From NCBI RefSeq assembly GCF_000143415.4, contig NW_003314332.1, positions 62,001 through 126,000 of the forward strand: a stretch of 64,000 bases of DNA, in the 5' to 3' direction. The stretch comes from Selaginella moellendorffii (Eukaryota; Plantae; Lycopodiophyta). The notes under the pieces are model-generated. The model worked only from the letters and a program-made list of their open reading frames with translations. It searched no databases and was not told the origin of the DNA. The position numbers were made by a program, and so were the translations under genes. Positions 1-10,994 of this stretch are shown here, in pieces; the stretch's first letter is position 1, and each line of letters begins with the position of its first letter.

Positions 1-718
1 TAAAAAAAAACTAAACTTAGTCTACCTCAGCATCCACATCCACAAAAGGAGGAGTTTGTATAGTATTATACTCTCTAATTGTGGGCTGAGCTTGTGCCAT
101 TACTTCTGCATAACATGGCAAATTATAGCCCACATCATCAATCCACCTAATATACACAACCATGATGGAATTACTATAATGAGAAATTTACACTTTATTA
201 TCACCTATTATGAAATGTCCCAAGAACACCTTCAAATGTACTTTCCTTCTCTAGTGCAAAAACCACATGGCTAGTCTCTTTAGCCGCTAGCACTATTGAA
301 TTAAAGTTTACTATAGCATCAAACACAATCCCTTTAGGAGGACAAAACAACTCTAGGAGGATTTGCATAGCCTTTAGTGAATGGTGTTGATAGTTAGGGA
401 ACTCTATATGATGGTTCTCATTAATGACATTCAGGATGATATCTATTAAGCTATCATATCCTAGCAATGCCAAACTTGCAAACTCATCAGCTCATGTAAT
501 ACTATGATGGCAAAAGTAGTGGCAGAGAGCATGGTAGTTCCATGCTAAAACCTACAATGAAAAGAGGCAATCAATTTAAGATATAAAAAATAAGGAAATG
601 CAAACCTTTTAGATTTGGCCACCTGCTCCTTTTGTTTCAACTGGGATGTTTGAGAGTAGGTAGCCTGATGCAAACTCAACTAATCTAGAGTCATCATTTT
701 CTACCATTGTTGCAAGAA

Positions 719-912
719 TGTAAGCAACCAAAAAAAAGACTTGAGAGATGATCCATGGGGTTCAAATATAGAGGGAAAGGGCCCATGAATAAGAGTGCAC
801 CCCCATTTCCAATCAGTTAAAGGTTTTATGATGTTTAGGGTTAAGCGTCCTTGGGTTTAAATAGTACTTGGGCTGAGTGACCTCCTAAAAAGTCTAAATT
901 TAGGAGCTTACA
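719..912 (+). mobile_element. Cassandra-type TRIM solo LTR with 5S rRNA-derived A/C-box segment
   Basis: TGTAAGC...GCTTACA, 194 bp, flanked by AAGAA TSD (714-718, 913-917). Contains GTTAAGCGTCCTTGGGTTTAAATAGTACTTGGGCTGAGTGACCTCC. Homologous to the LTRs at 26017 and 26416. Confidence 0.9.
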
Positions 913-1060
913 AAGAAAACCTCCTCAAAATAAAGAACGGGGAAGAATGACTAACATAATGCCCTCATATCACAACACCTTGGATGCCACATCCACCACT
1001 TGAGAAATATAGTCTGGTCAAAGGATGTTCCAGGATGGAGTGTCACATTATAAAGGTGGT

Positions 1061-1193
1061 AACCCATTAGGCAAGTTGAAGAACGCAAGGTTGATGCCAA
1101 ATGAACAATCCATTAGGCAAGTTGAAGAACACAAGGTTGATGCCAAATGAACAACCCATTAGGCAAGTTGAAGAATGGAAGATTGATGCCAAA
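1061..1193. repeat. 46-bp tandem repeat, about 3 copies
   Basis: Unit AACCCATTAGGCAAGTTGAAGAACGCAAGGTTGATGCCAAATGAAC starts at 1061, 1107 and 1153. Confidence 0.9.
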
Positions 1194-2897
1194 AGTATTG
1201 TTCATTCCCAATCCTCGTATCCATTGATGGAACATAGAAGACTCTCGGCTCACGTTGTTAGAAAGCTAAAAGTAGTCCCCAATAACTATTTCCACATTGT
1301 CAACACTTCCCATAGGAGAAAGAGGGCAAACTTGAATAATGTTCAAAACCAGGAAATATTAAAGTTAATACATGTTTTTTTTCATACCTGTTTATGTGAA
1401 GCTGATGAAGATAACCCTTGGAGGTCATCCTCTGTAGCAGTGGGGAGGGATGGAGAGAATGCATTTTATGTCGGTGTATAGAGTGCTGGTTGGTTTCTTC
1501 AACATCTACAACCAAATTACAATAAACAAGGTCATTGGAAATCAAGTTCGTACTCTCTTGGATGTCCTCACTATGGAGCTACCTTCATACATTTCAAGTA
1601 GTTGGGACTAGATGAGCAGCGGCAATAGGATATGGAGAATAAGCAACTGCTGTAGGATGAGATGAGGCAAGAGAGTTTTCAACCGGTTCTCCACTTGTTC
1701 CTCTTCAATCTACTCAATATGAATCTTGCCCTTGTCTGAGGCATCTCCACTCCCTCCAAAAGTACCTCTACAATAAAGTAGAAACATAAGTTATTGCTAG
1801 GAAGTTTTACTCATCAAATTTGGATGACACTCGAGGTAGAGATCTAGCTCAAAAGGTGACAATGGCATTTGCCTCCATAACTCCAAGTACCATGGACAAA
1901 GTTCTCGCTCCTGCGTAGTGGGACAATGGAACTTTGGCTCATACATGCCAAGTTTCTTCCCACTAGTTAAGTGCTTGAGAAAAACACTTGTTATGTACAC
2001 TGCAGCATTTGGGAATGATTTAAATACCTACAAAAGAGCCATGATTAAGTAGGCAAGTCAATTTCTTGCAATATACCTATATGCCATGTGGCGAGAGAAA
2101 AATGGTTGGCCTAGCTAGTTCTTGAAATCCATGGAGCTTGAGTTGCCATCAGGAAGCCATCCATCCCCAAGCTCTTGAAGGGAAGCTCAGACATATTTTG
2201 GAAGTGTTATATCGATGTGGGCATTGTAAGGAACTTCGTATCCCATGCTTGAAGTAGCTCTTGAGCAGCCACAATATTCTGAGTGATATAGAGCTTCTCT
2301 TTCATCACATTCTCAAGTTTGCTCTCCAACCTCTTATCATTGTTACAATACAAAGTGTTGAGGAGCTCCAAGCAAGAGGTTTTTTCGTTGAAGGAGAGCT
2401 TGCTTTTTGTGATGTTACAGATCAATTCTTCAAGTGCTTTGCCATTTCCTACAAGGACAAGGATTTCAAAGTGGAATGAGAGATAAAAAGGACTAACTTA
2501 TTGCCACGAGAGCATATCTTTGCAATGCAATCCAACCAATATTTATTGCGTTGAATGTCCATAATCACAAATAGCTTCTTCACCTTTGATTTCTTCGAGT
2601 TTAAAATGTGCTGCTCAATTTGTCGCAATTCAAGGTTCTTTTGCACCTCATCTATCACTTGCATAATCTTTAAATATGAGTTTTGCTCCGCCTTGACAAT
2701 TGGCTAAAAGGAAAACTTCTAAGTAGAAAACACAAGTTCATGCAAGAAAAAGATACCTTTGCCCAGACTGCAACCAAAAAATCCATAGGCACTTGATACC
2801 AAGTAAGTAACTCTTGACTTTTAAGTGCTACAACCTTTGCTTGAACTACTTCCATAACCTCATGACTATACAACATCTGGATTTCTTTGAAAGAAAG

Positions 2898-3284
2898 TGT
2901 TAGGAATCCCCTAATTCTTGCCACATTTCTGACTCTCGCCGGATTCTTGACCTGCAGACCACATTCCTGACTCTCGAGACATTTCCCTATTCCTGACTCT
3001 TGAGACACTTCTCTATTCCTGACTCTTTGATTTTCTGTACAATTTCTGAGTCTCGAGCCACATTCCTGATGATGATGTGGCACCTCCTCGACCTTAGCTA
3101 TATTTAGGCTGTCCTCAATCCAAGAGTGGTGGAGATTCATCAACCTATTGTATATATAGGTTAGCCTTGTTCCATTTCTCCACAATCTGAATCAATGCCA
3201 GTCTAAAGCCTCTTCTTTGTTTCCATTAGCTTTTCTCTTTGTTTTTTGCATTTTCTAGTCTTGATCTTGTTAGGGGTCTTGACA
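2898..3284 (+). repeat. 5' LTR of the chromovirus
   Basis: TGTTAGGAATCC...GTCTTGACA, TATA box at 3151, internal ATTCCTGACTCT repeats. Confidence 0.95.
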
Positions 3285-3286
3285 GT

Positions 3287-3301
3287 TTGATTCAGATTGT
3301 G
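3287..3301 (+). promoter_or_regulatory. Self-priming (Tf1-type) primer-binding site
   Basis: TTGATTCAGATTGTG is the exact reverse complement of LTR 3181-3195 (CACAATCTGAATCAA), which lies 30 nt downstream of the TATA box. No tRNA-type TGG PBS is present. Confidence 0.8.
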
Positions 3302-3419
3302 TTTTTTCGTTTTTTTCTTTAGCTTGTTTTGATTGTTTGACTACCTTTGCCTTTTTTCCCCCTTTTAGTTTCTTCTTGCTGATAGAGTCTCCAAGCCATC
3401 CTGATTTCTTTGCCAAAGT

Positions 3420-4347
3420 CCTTGCAAAAATCCAGTTTGAGAATACCAAGCTAAAGGTGACCCTTCTTCACATGCAGTAGGAGCTTGCTTCACTTTCGGC
3501 TCAAGGATCCAGCAAAGTTTCTGAACTGAAGGTGAGTTTCCCGGAAAAATTTTCAGGCAAGCGTTTGGAGCTTTGGTTCCAGAGCTAATGGATCTTCAAT
3601 TGTTCAAAGAGAAGCTCGAAGCATGTTTTGGCGAGACGAATCGAGTTCAGACTGCTACCACAAAGATGAGATGTCTCTCTTAGGGGTCTTGTCCTGCCTC
3701 AATCTACGCTGCAGAATTCCAACTCCTTGCCTTGGACACTTGACCCCTTTCATGCTCTTCTCTAGAAGAGGAGAAAACCATGACAAAGTTGCATCTTCGA
3801 GTAACGTCCCAATCACGCCGATTTGAGACTCGGGAGTGGGGTACCGCCGATGTTGAAGTGCGAAGATCAGCTCTATCTGGTTCAAGAATCCACTCAGTGG
3901 GATGAGCGGGCTTTGATTGACCAATTTCGTTTCGGCCTCAATAACGGTGTCAAGGATTTGTTGCTCACCATAGAGGATCCCAAGGACCTTTCAGACGCCA
4001 TCAACAAAGCTGTTCGATATGACAATTGTCTCTTTGAACGTCGTTAGGAAAGTCGCTGTGCCGCTGTTTTTCCGTCCCAGACTTAGGAATCCCAGCTTGA
4101 GTCTTCGGGGCATACTCTTGAACCTACTGCTGCAGTCCTGATGGATATTTCTGGTACTCCCCAACTCATTAAGGGGAAGTTGAGTCCTGCTGAGAAGCAA
4201 CGTCGAATATCTCATAATCTTTGTCTCTACTATACTGATCCTAATCACAAAGCAGTTGTGTGTCCCAATAAGCCTTCCCGACTGCTCGAGTTCACTCTGC
4301 CTCAAAGTCCACCTCTGTTGCAGTCGGGAAATGACCCTGTCCAATAA
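3420..4347 (+). pseudogene. Chromovirus gag remnant (PEG10/Rtl1-like gag with decayed CCHC knuckle)
   Basis: QWDERALIDQFRFGLNNGVKDLL and LSPAEKQRRISHNLCLYYTDPNHKAVVCP. Start is approximate. Confidence 0.8.
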
Positions 4348-4364
4348 GAGTAGGAGCTGTCTGT

Positions 4365-7300
4365 TTGGACTCCCCAAATAAAAATCACTTTTCTTCTTTA
4401 TCAAGCTCCTCACCACCTTTCATCAAAGCCACCACCAATTCCCGCAACTTCTATGTCCCATGTCTCCTTTCTTTCACCGGACAATCAGGACTCAAGGCTC
4501 TAGCGCTATTGGACTCAGGTGCAACTTCCTACTTCATGGACACGGACTTTGCTGCTCGAGATCACGTTCCTCTTTCTCCTACCATACGGGATCTGATTGT
4601 TGAAGGCATCGGCGGGCATTTTGTGTCTCCATCTTCTGGACTTAGGGAAATGTTGCCCATTCGAGTACACATCGGGTTCGCCGTCACCGATATCACCTTC
4701 AACATCATCAACAGCAAGTCCTCCTCTATGGTGCTCGGTCTTCCTTGGTTCCAACTACACCAGCCTCAAATCTGTTGGAAGGAATTATAGCTCATCTCTC
4801 CCACGTCACCATCTCCTACGGCTTCCCTGCTGTTCATTGAGTTCGAATCAGGAAAAGTTCCCTAAACTCAAATCGGGGTTCTGTTCCTGACTATATGAAG
4901 TTTTCACCCTCTTCTTTTTCTTCTTTTCCATCTTACACTGGATAGTATCCTCGTCTCATCATTCCATTTAGTTGTATGCTTCCTCCTATCTCCACAATCA
5001 CTATGAAAGAACTCCTTCATGAAGGACCTATTTTCCTTTTTGCTTTGCATGTTTCTCCTGTCAGTTTTCCTGAGAAGTATCATGATTTTGGGGATGTGTT
5101 TGACAAGAAAAAAGCTAGTGTACTGCCTGTTCATCGGCCTTATGACTGTCCCATTGATTTACAAGAAGGAGCATCACCTTTGTGGGGGCCTATCTACGGG
5201 TTATCCCCGTCCAAGCTTAAAGCCCTCAAAGAGTACGTGGATGAGAACCTTGCCTCGGGGTACATTCAGCATTTGCAGTCCCCAGCTGGAGTGCCTGTCT
5301 TCTTTGTCAAGAAGAAGGATGGGAGTTTGCGGCTAGTCATCGACTACCAAGGTTTGAACAAGGTGACTATTCGGAACCGTTATCCGCTGCCCCTGATCTC
5401 AGACCTGTTGGAATGCCTCGGTGGTGCCCGCTTCTTCACCAAGATTGACCTCTGTAGAGCATACAACCTGATCTGGATCTGACCTGGTGATGAATGGAAG
5501 ATTGCGTTCCAAACCTGCTATGGCCACTTCGAGTACATTGTCATGCCATTTGGCTTGACAAATGCTCCAGCAGTTTTCCAACACATGGCAAACAACGTCT
5601 TTCGGGAGTTTCTTGATCAGATGGTGATCGTCTACCTCGATGACATCCTCATCTACTCAAAAACTCAAGAGGAGCACAACGAACATGTACGCAAGGTGCT
5701 GGCGAAGCTGCGAGAACATGGCCTATATGCAAAGCTTGAGAAATGTACCTTCGATCAGCAGTCTGTGGAGTTCCTTGGGTACATTGTCACTCTTGAGGGT
5801 ATCACGATGGATCCTGCCAAAGTCAAGACTATTCTCGAATGGGAGCCTCCACAATCAATGTCGAACATTCAGGTTTTCCTTGGCTTTGCCAACTTCTACC
5901 GCAAATTCATTGATCACTACTCTGACATTGTCCTTCCTCTCACGCATTTCACTTGCAAGACTGACCCCTCAGGACTCCTCCTTGATGGATGTGATCAGAA
6001 ATGATCTCCAATCCGATGATCTCGTTAGTGACATTTTCCCCCATCTTTAGGCTGGACACCCAGTGACTCTTGACTGCCGGCGATTTGATGAGTTTGAGTT
6101 CTTAGATGGCTTATTGTACTGTGGGGAGCAGCTTTACATTCCTGAAGGTGATGCTCGAAAGTTGGTCCTAATGGTGTGCCACGATAGCCCGACTGCTAGT
6201 CACTTCGGCATTGTGAAAACCTATGAGCTAGTTGCACGGGACTTTTGGTGGCCTCACATGGACGACTACATCAAAGCTTTTGTTACCTCCTGTGACACTT
6301 GTGCCCGGAATAAGATACCTTGCCACCTTCCTTCAGGTTTGCTTCATTCCCTCCCGGTCCCTTCAGGTCCTTGGGAATCCATCTCCATGGATTTCTTGAG
6401 GGATCTTCCGAGTTCTGGAGGCTTCAATAGCATTTTAGTCGTGGTGGATTGCTTCACAAAGATGGCTCACTTCTTGCCGTATACCAAGGAGTTTTTGGGC
6501 AAGGACATGGCAAAATTGGTATTTAGAGAAATTTTTTGACTTCATGGAATTCCTGTAGATGTGGTTTCGGATCGAGGACCTCAATTCATCTCTCATTTCT
6601 GGCAATGGTTTATGCAACTTCTTGGAGTGAAGGCCAACCTCTTTTCGGCGTATCATCCTCAAACTGATGGACAGTCCGAGCGAACGATTCAGACATTGGA
6701 ACAATTCTTGAGGTGCTTCATCAACTATCATCAGGATAATTGGTTCAATATCCTTCCCCTTGCTGAGTTCTCCTATAACAACTTTGTTCACTCCTCTCTT
6801 CAAATTTTCCCCTTCTTTGCAAACTCTGGCCAAAATCCCCGATTCAATCTCTCACTTCTTTCTCCATCCGAATCCTCTCGTTCAAATCCCCGCTCTAAGG
6901 CATTTTTCTCCAACCTCCAGGAAATCCACAACTCCATCTCCTTCCACCTCCATCGTGCTCAGGAATCTCACAAAACATTTGCCAATGTCCATCGTCAGGA
7001 TTGTCCCCCTTACAATATCGGGGATAAAGTCTGGCTCCTCAGGCGAAATATCTCCACCACTAGGCCTTGTCCAAAACTTGATTTCAAATGCCTCAATCCT
7101 TCCCCTATCACTGCTATCATTAATCCTGTCACTTATTGCCTTGCACTTCCCTCCTCATATTAAATTCACCCCGTTTTTCACTCCTCTTTCCTTGAGCCTT
7201 ATATTCCCAGTCCTATTCCAAATCAGGTCATTCCTTTGCCTCCACCAGTGTAGCTTGAGGATGGGTCTGAATACGAGGTTTGATTCCAAGATTTCACGGT

Positions 7301-7430
7301 CTAAATTCTACTATCTGGTCGACTGGAAGGGTTATGGACCTGAGGAACGCACTTGGGAACCTACGGACAACCTAATTCATTCTCCTGACCTTGTTCATGA
7401 CTTCCACCATTGCTATCCTTCTCGTCCCAG
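4365..7430 (+). pseudogene. Chromovirus pol remnant: protease, RT, integrase, chromodomain
   Basis: ORF fragments 4365-4790 (PR), 4976-6004 (RT), 6063-7163 (integrase Zn finger and DDE core), chromodomain about 7270-7410. Confidence 0.92.
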
Positions 7431-7532
7431 TCCTCATTCTTTTTCTCCATCTCCCATCCCTTACCGCTCATCTCATCCTCCTCTTCGTTCTTGTTCATGT
7501 CCTTGTTCCACTCGTTCTTGAGGAGGGGGTGC

Positions 7533-7919
7533 TGTCAGGAATCCCCCAATTCTTGCCACATTCCTGACTCTTGCTAGATTCCTGACCTGCAGACCACATT
7601 CCTGACTCTCGAGACATTTCTTTATTCCTGACTCTCGAGACACTTCTTTATTCCTGACTCTCTGATTTCTTGTACGATTCCTGAGTCTCGAGCCACATTC
7701 CTGATGATGATGTGGCGCTTCCTCAACCTTAGCTATATGTAGGCTGTCCTCGATCCAAGAGTGGTGGAGCTTCATCAACCTATAGTATATATAGGTTAGC
7801 CTTGTTCCATTTCTTCATAATCTGAATCAACACCAGTCTAAGGCCTTTTCTTTGTTTCCACTAGCTTTTCTCTTTGTCTTTTGCATTTTCCAGTCTTGAT
7901 CTTGTTGGGGGTCTTGACA
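7533..7919 (+). repeat. 3' LTR of the chromovirus
   Basis: TGTCAGGAATCC...GTCTTGACA, same length as the 5' LTR and colinear with it. Confidence 0.95.
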
Positions 7920-8159
7920 GAAAGCATGCCAACATATCAAAGGTGCTCGATATTATGGACCGAGGTATGTGCTTGGAAAGCAAACTAATTAAGCCTGTAA
8001 TATAGGTGGTGAGAACAATAAAAGATTCGTACATGTTGATCTTATGACATGCCAAGTTAAACCTCACAACTTGGTTTTGATCCTGTGGCTCCACAAGTGT
8101 CACTGGAACACAAATATATCACTCATCATTGTCTTGGAACTTCTCTTGGATACACCTCC

Positions 8160-10988
8160 AAAATCCCTTGAAGATCTCTTTCCCGGCTCTTGATTAGGTT
8201 TGGTTTCTGTTTGTACATTTAGTTTGCTGAGTCTTCTCAACTTGAATGTCGAGGTAAGTTTCCTGAATTTGTGTTTTGCCTAAGTGATCTTGAGTCAATT
8301 GTTGTTCTTCATAGATTGCAAAGTCAAGCTCTTGTGTCTTGAGTCTTCAATCGAGTTTTTTTTTCTTTCTTGATTCTTTCTGAGTTTCGTCTCGAGGTCA
8401 CTTTCCTGAGTCTAGCTCAGGTAAGGTCTTGTATTTGAAAAATCGGATGGTGTAAGTAAGCATGATTTTGTTTGTTGGAAGGAGGTCTGTTTTGTCATAA
8501 ATTGATCGATTTAGCTATTCACTAGTAAATTTGGATACTGCTTGCCAACTTTGGGATCGAGCAAGTATGCAAACGATTGCAATTCTTTTTAGTAGTCCAA
8601 TCTTGAACAATTGTTTTAATCTCTTACAATGTGTTGGTTGTTTTGGAATGCAAGCTTTCACTATGAGCTTTTGTGTTTCCCAATCGTTAGTAAGATTTGA
8701 AAATGCTGAATACAATAGTGGCTGTATTTTTAATATCCTAATTTTTATATGTTTCTTGTCTCAAGTGACGTCCACACGTCAAAGTATGGATTCCAACAGA
8801 TTCTTGTTGCTTTAAGCCTATGTGTGAAGCATATCTATCCAGCGCACTTTTCTCTATGGTCAATTTCGTGATTGTGCATTTCCCTGATGCCGTACTTGCT
8901 GGTTTTGTTCTACTTCCTCTATCATATAGCACGTTCTCTTGCACGATCCGAGTCGATTGCTTCGTGAACTTCCCATGGTATAGTCTTAATTAATATTCTT
9001 GCATTATAAGTTTGTAATCTTGACACAAAATCTCCTAAAATACTCCTTAAAATGTTGAGATTTCTTGGATGCACTCTTCCTTGTTGGTTGCGAGTGATAT
9101 GTATTTCTAAGCTGGGGTTTCGACGTTGGACCTCAGTGTCAAAGTTGAAGTTTGTTATTGTATTTAATCTTGGCCCATTGTGATTCCATCTTAAATTTCT
9201 CCTCCTTTGATCTGTAATTCTTGAGCTTTCAAGATGTTCCCTTGAACTTGCCACAAGTTTAGATTCTTGTTGGTTTCTTGAACTCAAATTCCCAATTCAA
9301 ATTTGTTGATTGCCTTGTTCTTGATTCCTTAATTCTCTAGCTATTCTTGTCTATTCTAAATGATGCCAATATGCTATAATGTATAGTTTGTTAAGAGTGC
9401 TTGTTAGTAGCGTTACACCTAGAGGACTTTGAAGAAGTAGATAAAGTAATTTTGCATTCTCTTCAAAATTTCTAAATCTAAGTGTGTCAACAAATCAACG
9501 AACTTGTGGTTCAAAGGTTCCACACTCTATTGTTGCTAAAACTCTCGTCAAATTAGTGTTGAAAACAAGTGTTAATGGTTGAAAAGTTTGATGTTTATGT
9601 ATGCCTGGGAATTCAATAATTGTTTGTTGAAAGATGTGTCCGTGATACACCCAAGTCAGGGTTCTTCAAGTTGTAAAGAAATCGAAGTAAACATATTTTT
9701 CTTTCAACATTTCCTCATTTTCACATTCTTCCTATTTGCTAGTCAATTTGTAAAGAGTCGCAAAAGTGTTTCTTGAAGTTTTTGAAAGCAACCAAAGCTT
9801 TGTTTCTCTTCTTTTTCTAAACTATTGTTACTCTTTTTGGTGTTGTCTTCTTGGGTTATTTCTTCTCGTTTCTTTCTCTCTTCTACTATGGTATTTTCAT
9901 CCCTGATTTGGAGTCTTGCTTTCACTTGCTTGCAAGTGTTGCATTGCCATTTTGGATAGCATTACTTGTATGGTTTTGCATAATTTCTGAAACCACACAA
10001 AAGGCAGTCCTTGTATTTTGTATAGTTTGTGTCTCCAAATGTGCAATTGTGTTTTTTTTCATTCTTCCTCCATCGCCAGCCGCTAGAATTATTCTTTGGT
10101 CGTTTCCTTGTTACAGATTCTTGAAATATTCGTTTTCTTCAACCTCTTGCTAAAAATGATTATGCTCACACTCTAAGTTTTCCACGACTTGGGTGGCTTC
10201 AATCTTCAAGTGTTCTTCATGTTTTCATGCTCATTAACACTTGCTTGCTCTAATTTCTTGTCAGAGATTCTTCAAATATTCTAATGTGTAGAATATTCTT
10301 TGTGTTCAACCTCTCGCCAAGAGGCGGTTATTGAAGATGCTTAGACTTTCTGAGAAGTGGGCGATCACTAGATGATCGTAGTTTTCAAATGCTTGGTCTC
10401 TAGCATGATTGCCATGCTTCTTACTATAGATTTTTGTTGGTTTTCTTCTTTTTCATTTTGTTTTCTTCTTCTTGTCTCTTTTCAATTTTTCCCTTGGTTC
10501 TTGATTTTGGCTTCTTTTATTAGTTGTGGCCAAGGCTTCCAGTCATTGTTCTTTAGGTGCTCTTCCCTTTGCCTATCCCACTGTGGTCACCAAAGTGAAA
10601 AACTACAAAATCACCTCTACAATGATCTTATGAATCCTCGCTAATATAATCTAGATCCAAACATAAAAAGGAAAAAAATACTTAGCCATGTATTGTTGTA
10701 AAGATGTTGATACTGAGATTGATCTACATCTCATAGCCTTGATCCCCAGAAGGCAGTGAGTAAGATAAGTATGGAAGAGAAGAGTAGATGTTGAGCAAGT
10801 GGAAGTGTATGTTATTATGGCCAGAGATATAAAAGACAAAAAAGGGGATAAGTCTAGTGTGTTATCACCAGCCTATATAACCACTACATGCCCAGTCATC
10901 CAAGTTAGGAATTTAGATCGGGAGAAATTTTGATCTTAATTCCTAACTTAAGAAATGCCTTTGTGCCAAAATCACGATGCAAAATGCA
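8160..10988 (-). mobile_element. 5' fragment of a tRNA-Arg-primed LTR retrotransposon (probable 5' LTR ~10596-10988, PBS, decayed ORF region)
   Basis: Minus-strand TGGTGACCACAGTGGGA (10576-10592) lies next to a CA LTR end and is the same PBS type as at 51709-51725. TATA-like motif near 10873. No RT, integrase or second LTR found. Boundaries approximate. Confidence 0.55.
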
Positions 10989-10994
10989 TGTACC

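Larger units (their letters stand above)
2898..7919 (+). mobile_element. Ty3/Gypsy chromovirus, Tcn1/Tf1-sushi-like; defective (stops, frameshifts, RNase H missing)
   Basis: 387-bp LTRs at 2898-3284 and 7533-7919, GAAAG TSD, PPT GAGGAGGGGG at 7520-7529. Internal gag, protease (ALLDSGAT), RT (YLDD), integrase and chromodomain ([18 protein letters not shown]). Confidence 0.95.
201..8160 (-). pseudogene. Decayed multi-exon gene with a C-terminal beta-class N4C/N6A DNA methyltransferase-like domain; interrupted by a Cassandra solo LTR (719-912) and a chromovirus (2898-7919); 5' end truncated
   Basis: Manual minus-strand translation gives, in order: VEIVIGDYF (~1268-1297), GINLAFFNLPNG (~1063-1097, motif IV position), YISQVVDVASKVL*YEGIMLVIL (~945-1012) and AMQILLELFCPPKGIVFDAIVNFNSIVLAAKETSHVVFALEKE (ORF 201-473, motif I/II region). 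Short GT-AG introns at 552-605, 1331-1387 and 2028-2076. The reading frame resumes across the GAAAG TSD (YVGML|SFKEIQMLY). Many stop codons. Confidence 0.6.

Noticed and set aside
1061-1193. CRISPR-like array
   Set aside because: Contiguous tandem units with no unique spacers, in a eukaryotic context.
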